Positions 11,664 through 26,018 of a DNA stretch of 33,192 bases are shown here, one piece after another. Position 1 is the first letter of the stretch. Each line of letters begins with the position of its first letter. Under the pieces are notes generated by a model that did not search any database, had not been told where the DNA came from, and saw only the letters and a list, made by a program, of their open reading frames with translations. The DNA lies in NCBI GenBank assembly GCA_002269645.1, contig NIVC01003846.1, forward strand, positions 1 through 33,192, given 5' to 3'. The DNA comes from Macrostomum lignano. Lineage: Eukaryota. A program made the position numbers and the translations under genes.

Positions 11664-12726
11664 ATCTAGACTTTAGTAGGGAATCATTCGTACAAGATGA
11701 TCGTATATGCATAATCCATAGCGATGTCACTACAGGTTCAGACTAGAGCGCTTGGAGAATAAAAAAAGAGTTTGTTTGCTTCAACAAACTACTAAGAGCG
11801 GCAAAGTATGCAGAACAGACAAAAAACCGCACATTTTAAGCTAGCAAAACGTTTTATACGACTGTATATAAAAGTACTAATTGTCAAAGAAATCACCCCA
11901 GCTTAATTTGGGCCAAGCTGACACAGAGGGCGGGGCTGACTGCGCAATAAGTGTAATTAGGTAATAATAATTAACAATTTATTAACTTGTTATATTAAAT
12001 GTGTAGTCGTTAAAGCGGCTTACACAATGCGCACGGTGTACACAGACAAACAGATAGTGACTGTACTGAAGTGCAAGTTTATGTACACAATTATAATGTA
12101 AGATATATATCATCAATGCAAGATTAAATAAATGTAAATTAGCTGCTTTTGTAAGAGAGACAGACATGATTACAGAGGCCCGCGGACGGGGCCCACAAGG
12201 AGCAGGACACAGACGGCATCTTAAAATTGCCGCCATTTGACTAATCAAATGATTAAAACAAGGTCAAATCTGCTACACAAGCAAAGATATTTGGTAGAAA
12301 TGAAACATTTTCAAAAGCAGGAGATTAGTAAGTAAAACAGAGGAAAGGAGCAAACTCAGGAAAAAATCGGCTTTCTATGCTTGAATTCTTTGCGGACGTG
12401 TGCGGCTAAAAAAATTCCGATCGGATAATTTTGCAACAAATTTAAAAACAGACAACAACACACAAAACTGCCGCTTCGGATCGAAATTGCTGGTGCGTCA
12501 GTGAAACAAGATGATCATTTAATAAGATATTAAAATTATTAAATGTTTATAGAATTAATCAGGAAACTGTCAGCCATGATTATTTAATAAAATTTGTTAA
12601 TAACAACAGAGAAAATCGTACACTTGGATAGATTACAACGCGGAAACAAATAATTATATTAACTATAATTAACACAAACAACACAGCATATACTCGTATG
12701 ATTGAATCTAATTAAGAAGCTGGGCT

Positions 12727-12765
12727 GAGAGGGAGATAGAGATGAAGAGAGGATAGAGAGAGGAA

Positions 12766-12813
<48 letters not shown>

Positions 12814-12816
12814 GGA

Positions 12817-12862
<46 letters not shown>

Positions 12863-12902
12863 GGATGTGTGTGTGTGGAGAGAGAGAGAGAAGGGGGTGT
12901 GT

Positions 12903-12939
<37 letters not shown>

Positions 12940-12942
12940 GGA

Positions 12943-12979
<37 letters not shown>

Positions 12980-12982
12980 TGT
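12727..12982. repeat. Compound (GT)n(GA)n microsatellite in ~5 blocks separated by AAGGGGA
   Basis: Seen directly; lies 3' of the HMG20-like stop codon on the - strand. Confidence 0.95.
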
Positions 12983-13150
12983 GAGAGAATGAGACAAGAA
13001 CGGGAAGAAGACCTGTGCACTTTCAAATCGTGGCAGAAAGCTTTCAAGTGACTGCAACATGAGTGACACAAAGGACTAATCCAGTGACCATATTCGAATT
13101 TTGCCACGACTTGAATTAGCAACACTTCATCACCCTGTCTCAGCCTAGCC

Positions 13151-13463
13151 TCAGGTGGGCAGAATCAGCGAGCGAACCAGTTCTTGCAGATTAGCCAGCA
13201 CATCCGGCCTGACGGAGCTCAGAGCTGGCAGCACCCGGTCAATCTGAGCTTGCAAATCCGGCACAAAGTTCTGCGCCAAGCCCTGCTGCCTGTAGGCCGC
13301 CTGAACGTCAGTCATTCTGGCGCGCAATTGTCGGACAGATTCTTCCGCCGCTCGCAGTCGGTCTTCTGATCCGGCGTTAAAATCTTCCGCTATGCGTTGA
13401 ATGCTGGCTGCCAAATCTGCTGTGCTGACGGCCTTGCTATTCTGCATGTGCTGCTGCTGCTGT

Positions 13464-13513
<50 letters not shown>

Positions 13514-13585
13514 ATGAAGCTGTTGAGAAGGCTGTTGCTGTTGCTGCTGTTGCTGAATCTGCGTCGACATGTGCTGCTGTTGCTG

Positions 13586-13616
<31 letters not shown>

Positions 13617-15350
13617 GGCTGAGCCGACTGTACAAGCTCCTGGAAGCTGGACAGAGACTGTCCACCAACTGAGGCCACCTGAGCGAGGCCGGGCATAGGA
13701 CCCTGGGTGACAGCTAGCAGAGCCACTGTGCCAGGCGGCAGGCCAGGCAGATTCTGGAGCTGCATCAGCTGCTGACCAGCCGGCATGAGCAGCTGCTGGC
13801 CTTGCCCGCCCGGCCCGCCCGCCATCAGCATCTGCTGGCAAATATAGGGGGGTGATGGAGCTCAGAGCCACTGCTTGAAATCCGAATTCACCGATTCAAT
13901 AGAGACCAGAGCTCACTGGCACATTGGAAATCTCACTCTATCTGGACTGGCACATTGGAAATCTCACTCTATCTGGACTGGCACATTGGAAATCTCACTG
14001 TCTGGACTGGCACATTGGAAATCTCACTCTATCTGGACTGGCACATTGGAAATCTCACTCTATCTGGACTGGCACATTGGAAATCTCACTCTATCTGGAC
14101 TGGCACATTGGAAATCTCACTCTATCTGGACTGGCACATTGGAAATCTCACTCTATATCTGGACTGGCACATTGGAAATCTCACTCCCGAGCATATCAAA
14201 TTAAGCACAGAATTTCGAGCTCACCTGTTGCTGCCCGCCCGCCGGAACCAGGAACTGCTGCTGTCCAGTATTCAGCCCGGACAGCTGGCTGGCTGGTACC
14301 AGCACCTGTTGCTGACCGCTGGCAGACACCAGCACCTGCTGCTGACCGCTAGCTGGTACTAACACCTGTTGCTGACCACTAGCGGGCACTAGCATCTGCT
14401 GCTGACCTCCGGCAGACACCAGCATCTGTTGATGACCACTAGCAGGCACGAGCATCTGTTGCTGACCGCTAGCGGGCACCAGCACCTGTTGCTGACCGCT
14501 AGCGGGCACCAGCACCTGTTGTTGAGCTCCAGCCGGTAGTAGCATCTGCTGCTGACCAGCCGGTACCAACAGCTGCTGGTGGCCCACTGTAGTCGGGACC
14601 AGCAGCTGCTGCTGAAGTGACTGTTGCTGCTGCTGCTGCGGTTGCTGCTGGTTCACAACAACAGACCCGGCCGCTTGGCTATTATTGAGAATGGATGACT
14701 CGTCCTCAGTTGATTTCCGGACGCCAGCAGTAGCGGCCGGCGCAGTCGCCGCCGCCCCCGCCGCAGCGGCGCCGCCCGGACGAGCTCCGGCGCCGCTTCC
14801 CGCGCCGCTGCCAGCGCCGGAACCAGTTTTGGCTCTCTTAGCCGGACTTGGTGCCGACGTAGACGGATGATTGCTAGCCGACCGTTGCGCGTCCAACGCT
14901 TTGAGCTTCTCTTGAAAGGCCCGGTGCGCTTCGGTCTGCTTGTAGGCTGACAGCTCCTGCTCATAGGCGGCGAACGCTTTGGTATAGAGCTGCTGGTAGC
15001 GCTGCTTCTCATCCGCTGACAGGTCGCGCCACTGCTGCGCTACCACTTTAATCTGGTCGCGACCTTTCAGCTTCAGTTCCGGCGTGTCTTTAATATGCGC
15101 GCCTAGCTGCTCCATTTTCTCTTTGACAAATACGGTGTAGGCCGACCGGGGATTCACCGGCTCCTGGGGATCGCGGCGCGCCTGCCGGGACCGGCGCCCG
15201 GTGCCAGCCGGCTTGCGCGGCTTTGCCGGCCTCGGCGGCGTCACCGAGGACGCATCGCCGCCGCCGGCCGCCGCTGCGGCGTCGGCCGCTGCCGCGGCCG
15301 CCCGCGTCGTCACGTCTTCGATTATGCGTGAGAGCGACACTTTGACGGCG
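13151..15350 (-). CDS. HMG20: HMG-box protein, HMG20A/B (BRAF35/iBRAF)-like, with Q-rich repeats; exons ~15350(uncertain)-14225 and 13834-13151; native 5' end not visible
   Basis: HMG box PVNPRSAYTVFVKE...AQQWRDLSADEKQRYQQ...YEQELSAYKQTEAHR; the post-box YxxELxAYxQSEA pattern is HMG20-like. C-terminal helical region EDFNAGSEDRLRAAEESVRQL...LQELVRSL. Phase-0 intron 13835-14224 (CAG|GTGAGC ... TTTGCCAG|CAG), stop TGA 13151-13153. The open frame continues through the 40-bp repeat to an ATG at 15664. Confidence 0.8.
13915..14185. repeat. 31-bp intronic minisatellite ACTGGCACATTGGAAATCTCACTCTATCTGG, ~9 copies
   Basis: Tandem units (one 29-nt and one 33-nt variant) occupying most of the HMG20-like intron. 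Confidence 0.97.
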
Positions 15351-15413
15351 GGTGGGCTGCGCGCTGGCGGCGGGCGGTTCGGGACGGCGAGACAGTGTAA
15401 ATATTCGAAATTC

Positions 15414-15615
15414 GGGGCATCTTGAGGCACTGCAGTGTTCTGCGAATCCCAATGGGGCATCTTGAGGCACTGGAGTGTTCTGCGAATCCCAATGGGATAT
15501 CTTGAGGCACTGGAGTGTTCTGCGAATCCCAATGGGGCATCTTGAGGCACTGGAGTGTTCTGCGAATCCCAATGGGATATCTTGAGGCACTGGAGTGTTC
15601 TGGGAATCCCAATGG
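15414..15615. repeat. 40-bp minisatellite CTTGAGGCACTGGAGTGTTCTGCGAATCCCAATGGG(GC/AT)AT, ~5 copies, alternating variants
   Basis: Units start at 15421, 15461, 15501, 15541 and 15581; the last unit is cut at AATGG and fused to SR exon 1. Confidence 0.97.
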
Positions 15616-17148
15616 CAACTTGTCGTCGCGCGCAACCAAGCGCGATATTGCTAAGTTTTTCCATCGCTACGGCCCGCTGGAGGATATCCTGCTGCGTGAC
15701 GGCTTTGGCTTCGTACAGCTGAGCTCCTCAACTGACGCCGAAGATGCTGTTGACTATCTGAACGGCCGGGACCTGTGCGGCAGCCGGGTGTCGCTGGAGA
15801 TGGCCAGGTCGGAGCGCCGTGGCGGCCGCGATCGCTATGGTCCGCCAACGCGCACCAGGTACCTACTTTTAGTAGTATTATAACTGTTTTTTGCCCTGCC
15901 ACAACCAGCGCTGAGTCAATTCTGTCAATTCTGCTGACTCCTAAGCATGTAGAAGGTGTGCCCCCATACACACGCCCATTCAGTGCGTACAGTGGCCCTG
16001 ACTTATAATCGCCAGGCATGTACACTGTGCCTTAGGGAGATTGGCCGAGCACAACCCCAAATTAATGTGTAGATACCATTGAATTGCTCCGCCCCTTATT
16101 AATTTATTAATTTGTCATAGAACCGTTCTCTTAAAAGTTCGGCAAGTTCCAATCTATGCAGTTCCATATTAATTTGGAGACGGCCCCCAACCTGGCCGCT
16201 GTACACTTCGGGCATTGTCTCGTCGCTAATTGCGGGCTTTTGTCGCCTTGATTTGCGGCAGCACTCATAGCGGCCCCTGCAGGTAATTAACTAACCTGAA
16301 TGTAGAGCCACAGGCACGTAAAACTCGCGGTTATCACGTAATAATCAATGCTGTACAAAGCGACGAAAAACCATGTTTTGAGTGATTTGAGTCAGGAAAA
16401 ATGAGTGAAACCTAAATTGAAACTCAATACACTATAGCTTTCTTGAAACCTGTCGCAAATGCCCTGGGCCTTATTGACGTATTTATGTCGCTAAGAATAC
16501 TGCAAAAATCGCCAATTCAGGCACCGCCTGGTTGTCAAGAACCTGGGCTCCGACGTCAAGTGGCAGGACCTTAAAGACCTGGTTCGCCGCGCCGGCGAGG
16601 TCACCTTCGCTGACGTACACCGACCTGTTCGAGGCGAAGGCATCGTTGAATTTGAGAGTCGTGACGATATGCGCCGGGCGCTGAAGCAGTACGACGGATT
16701 CGAGTGGCACGGCCGCCGGCTGCGCCTGTCTGTTGACGGCGCCGACGACTCGCGACGGTCGCGCCGGTCCCGGTCTAGGTCCCGGTCCAGGTCCAGGTCC
16801 CGATCTAGATCCCGTTCTCGCACCCGTTCTCGGTCGCGCTCGCGCCGGTCCAAGTCCAGGTCCCGGTCTAGGGACCGCTCGAAGTCCCGGTCGGTGTCTA
16901 GGTCCCGGTCCCAGTCCCGATCACGTTCTCGTTCCAGGTCGCGCTCGCCGATAAATAACAACGACAAGGCCAAGGCTAGGTCGGCGTCCCGGTCCAAGTC
17001 CAAGTCTCGGTCTCCGTCCCGCTCGCGCTCCAATTCCCCCGGGTCGCGCCGTTCCCGCAGCGGCTCGCCCGGCGCCCGACGCGACAATAACGGCGCCGCT
17101 GCCGAGCGCCGGTCCCGAAGCCGCAGCGACTCCAGAGGCTCGCGCTGA
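15572..17148 (+). CDS. SRSF4/5/6: SRSF4/5/6-type SR protein copy B, native start lost; possible chimeric ORF from repeat-derived ATG 15572; exons 15572-15858 and 16521-17148 (304 aa), or pseudogene
   Basis: Homology to copy A begins at 15613, so the first 17 coding nt are missing. In-frame ATG in the minisatellite gives MGYLEALECSGNPNGNLSSRATKR. Splice sites and stop are intact. The three coding differences I found are synonymous. Confidence 0.7.
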
Positions 17149-18109
17149 TGTGGCGGCTAACAATGACTATGGAGAGCGGCAGCGGATGGCCCGGGCTAAT
17201 TGCAGACTCCTGGTGGGCCCAGATTCGCCGCCTGCCAAGCCAGCTCCCAGTATGTTTAGCCATTGTTATTGCCTGTCCTATTGTTTTCTCTGTTTATCAA
17301 TTAAGTTCGGGCCTGTTAAAAATTCTTATTTATCCGTTGTGTCTCCCTGATATTTATTTTGTGGCTGTTGTGTGTTTTCTTGCTGTCGCTGCTGCTGCTG
17401 CTGTTTCTTTTTAAAATCGGAATTTTCTGTTAGAAATTTACGTAAAAAAGCAAACGGTTTTCAGTAGTTAGGAAAGCAAATCCATGTTGTGTCCGTGTTT
17501 TAGGCTATTCCAGCAGGAGCAGCGGCTTCGGTGTTTATCTGTTCCGTATTTTGCACACACAATAACATCTTACTGAACCGCCGATCGTCCCTGAAATGCA
17601 AATTTCTGCCGTGTTTTTACCAGCCTGTTGGGGGTATTTCAAATGCAGCACACCGAGCAAATAACGGGACATTAATTTAAACTCTGCTACGGTTCTCCTA
17701 CTACAAGTAGTGTAAAATCATTAATTCCTCACTAGTTTGTCATTTCTGCTTGGTCAATTTGTTCTTTGATATTGTAAAGCTCGAAAAATGTTAATTAACT
17801 TTTTTATCAAAGTTTTTTATTGCTGGCCTCTTACGAGCATAATTTCTATAACAACACTGAACGCAACCTAAATCCATCAGTCGATATGTGAGGAAGTGTC
17901 GACTGGCGATTCATAATTTCCTTTTTATTGACCGTGTTAGAAACCACAAGTTCTCTGTAAACAAGCTGTCCCCCTGTTCAACACCTTTATGGGTTCGCTG
18001 ACCAGTTATTTTTAATAGCAAACATACCTTAATAATTAATAAGCTATCCGGGCAACTTAGTTGGCTAAGCTCCAACTGATATAATATTTTACTGGACGCG
18101 TCCCAATGC

Positions 18110-18485
18110 TAGCAGTCGACGAAACGCCGAGTGCGCGCCTGTCTTCGCCGGCAGGGTGCCCGCCGACAGTGCAACAGGTCGGTTGAGTGACCAATCTTAA
18201 GGCTGACAAGCAGCAGGCCAGCATGCGCCTCGTCCACCTGCTGTTCGAGCGAGTCTTCTCAGCGTCCAAGTCTTGGCCACGATGTGGAGTAACGCACCGC
18301 CTTCTGTCGGTCTGGTATGGCCTCTGACTGCAGGACCAACCTCACAGAAGGAAACGCAGTCCGCAGCCCAGGCAAGCCAGTAACGATGCCAGAGATTCTC
18401 GAAAGCGTCTAGGAAACAGCTACCGCCGAGGTAGACGAACTGCTGACATCGCGGAAGTTCCGTCGCCTGTCCGTCAGCGTCTGTA
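18110..18485 (-). mobile_element. Duplicate of the decayed RTE LINE fragment
   Basis: Near-identical to 6690-7075. Confidence 0.72.
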
Positions 18486-20315
18486 TAAGAAGCCTAGAAT
18501 TCACTCCTTAAGGAAGCTTACACTGGCATCTCTCTTATTTGTAGTTAATACTTTCGACACACTAATAGAGTACTAGAAAAACAGTTTAATAGCACTGATT
18601 TATCGACTTATGATGTACTTTTATGTTGTAATTGTGAGTTCTTTGCTGCAGACTGTTGTATGGGATATTTACTTGGGAATCTTTACCCCGGTGAGAGGCA
18701 TTACTGCCCATTCCGCCGACTCCCCTGAGCAGGCGCACAAGCGCGTGGATACGTACGCGATCATACGCACAGGCACACACTCACACAGGAGTGTACAGCG
18801 GCCCTAACTTTATTTATCATTAGGCATGTACACTTCACTGTGCCTTGGGTACTGGCCCTCAAGGCCGTTAATTGCACGAGCAGAGCCAAGCCGAAGTTCC
18901 AATTTAGCCCCAAAAATTAATGCGACTGCACTTGGAATCGAGCCCGGGCCGCTGGCACATGAGAGCTGCGCACTGGCTCTGGGGGGGGGGGCACGGACCC
19001 CCTTTGTACAATATGAAATCTTACAATTAAGATTATTTTTTCCTTTCACGAGTAGACGTATATGGAGCAATTACTGAATTATTGCCTTAAAATAATTGGA
19101 TTGTCAATATTGACGCAAGATATAAATCGAGGATTAGCCGCAGCACTTATTGCGTGCAGATTTTTTCAGGCTCGGTCGCTTTTTATACGAAAAAAAGGTA
19201 GTTATATAGATAGATTTCGTGTTGTTACCATGGAAACTTAATCGTCTGATTTTGAATTTGAAATATAAGCTTAGTCGCTCAGATTCTGTTGGCGCTTATT
19301 TTTATGTTATGATAGTGAAGTGAGCTCCGCGAATTTGACACCTATGAAAAAATTTATGGCTAGTCTTTTTAATGCTTTACGTGTCTGGGTATACAAAACT
19401 ATATATACACTACAAGGTGCTGCGAACGGGCAATACAGCAATAAAAAGCTAATGAATATGAAATCCCAGGCGCAACCGCACAAACAAAACAAAGGAAACT
19501 AAATAGGTTTAATTACGATCGCCGTATTTTTCTGCAGTAAAGAAATTGCATATTGATATTAAGTCTGCGTTCTAAATTCTATTCATGTACGTTGCGGACG
19601 TGCCGAAAGTCAAGTCTATTTTGCTGTGCAAAGTCAACACAGACTGTAAACGGACTTGTCGTCTTCTTACTAGGTGATTTTTCATAGCATTTGGTTTAAA
19701 CTTTGTCTTAAATAAAAACCAAGGCTCCCAGCTAGACTCCCAAGATACTCAGAAAACTTCACGTGCATGCTCTCGAATATTTTTACCAGCTATCTCATCC
19801 AATGACATCGGATTTTTGTGCATGGATCGTGTCCCTGAATCCAACATCGTTAAGCCTTTCGCATGCCTATATAAGTGACGGCTACAGCGCTACAGATACT
19901 TTCAAGTTCAACTGTATCGAGTGGCACAGTTAAATCATCTGATTCTTTTCTTCTGATGAAAGTCTGACACATCTGTAAAAGTTTATTGGTCAGGTTGCTA
20001 ACCTGTACTTCTAGGTAAAAAATCACAATAACGGTGGCGCTATATAAAAAAATACGACTATAAACAATCTTAATCTTGGATAAAAGGAATAAATATTAAA
20101 TATGTAGGCTATCTACTAATTGTATATCAGATCTGCAATATGATGCGCCAATGACGGCAGTCTCTGGACTGCTCTTAAGCTAGTGCATAGTCCGGTACTT
20201 TCACGAGCGCATGCGAGACTAGATGCACTGTGCGGAAAGGAGTGGCAGGATGTCCGGTTGGAAAACTGTGGGAGATTTTTAACAGCGCATGCGCAATAGC
20301 GCAACAAATTAAAAG

Positions 20316-24857
<4,542 letters not shown>

Positions 24858-25053
24858 GACCCCCTTGCGACAGCGTCTCAAGCTATAAAAATGCCCGTCC
24901 TCTTAGCCAAGCACAATGAGCCTGCGCATAGCTTGTAAAAGCATTGCTGTTCAAAATTTGTTTGCCTATCGGAGGGTTGTAGGATGTTTTTTTGCGAGCG
25001 TTTCCACAAAGCCACTAAAATGTTATTCATTTCCGGGGGGGGGGGGTTGTGCT

Positions 25054-25270
25054 TTCATATATCTGACACTTTATGTCTCCGAAACTTCAACTCCGCGAAA
25101 CTTCATATATCCGACTTTTCATATCTCCGACACTTCTTAGCTCTGACACTTCATATCTCCGACACTTCATATCTCCGACACTTCATATCTCCGACACTTC
25201 ATATCTCCGAAACTTCCTATCTCCGACACTTCCTATCTCTGACTTTTCATATCTCCGACACTTGATATCT
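25054..25270. repeat. 16-bp degenerate minisatellite CTCCGACACTTCATAT, ~13 copies
   Basis: Seen directly. Confidence 0.93.
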
Positions 25271-25290
25271 ACGAGTATCGCTAAGGTTTA

Positions 25291-25941
25291 AGTGACTAAA
25301 TCCAGAACCGAGACTCTCAGAGTCAAATTTGAGTGACTAAATCCAGAACCGAGACTCTCAGAGTCAAATTTGAGTGACTAAATCCAGAACCGGAACTCTC
25401 AGGGTCAAATTTGAGTGACTAAATCCAGAACCGGGACTCTCAGAGTCAAATTTGAGTGACTAAATCCAGAACCGAGACTCTCAGAGTCAAATTTGAGTGA
25501 CTAAATCCAGAACCGGAACTCTCAGGGTCAAATTTGAGTGACTAAATCCAGAACCGGGACTCTCAGAGTCAAATTTGAGTGACTAAATCCAGAACCGGAA
25601 CTCTCAGGGTCAAATTTGAGTGACTAAATCCAGAACCGGGACTCTCAGAGTCAAATTTGAGTGACTAAATCCAGAACCGAGACTCTCAGAGTCAAATTTG
25701 AGTGACTAAATCCAGAACCGGGACTCTCAGGGTCAAATTTGAGTGACTAAATCCAGAACCGGGACTCTCAGAGTCAAATTTGAGTGACTAAATCCAGAAC
25801 CGGGACTCTCAGAGTCAAATTTGAGTGACTAAATCCAGAACCGGAACTCTCAGGGTCAAATTTGAGTGACTAAATCCAGAACCGGAACTCTCAGGGTCAA
25901 ATTTGAGTGACTAAATCCAGAACCGGGACTCTCAGAGTCAA
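25291..25941. repeat. 41-bp minisatellite GAGTGACTAAATCCAGAACCGAGACTCTCAGAGTCAAATTT, ~16 copies
   Basis: Exact 41-nt period with variation limited to CCG(AG/GA/GG)ACT and CAG(A/G)GTC. Confidence 0.98.
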
Positions 25942-26018
25942 GTTCAAGCGGCTTAAAGTCGCTACTGGAACTCAACTCTCAAAGAGCGACAAAGATTGTA
26001 GATGAAGCGACAGTCATT

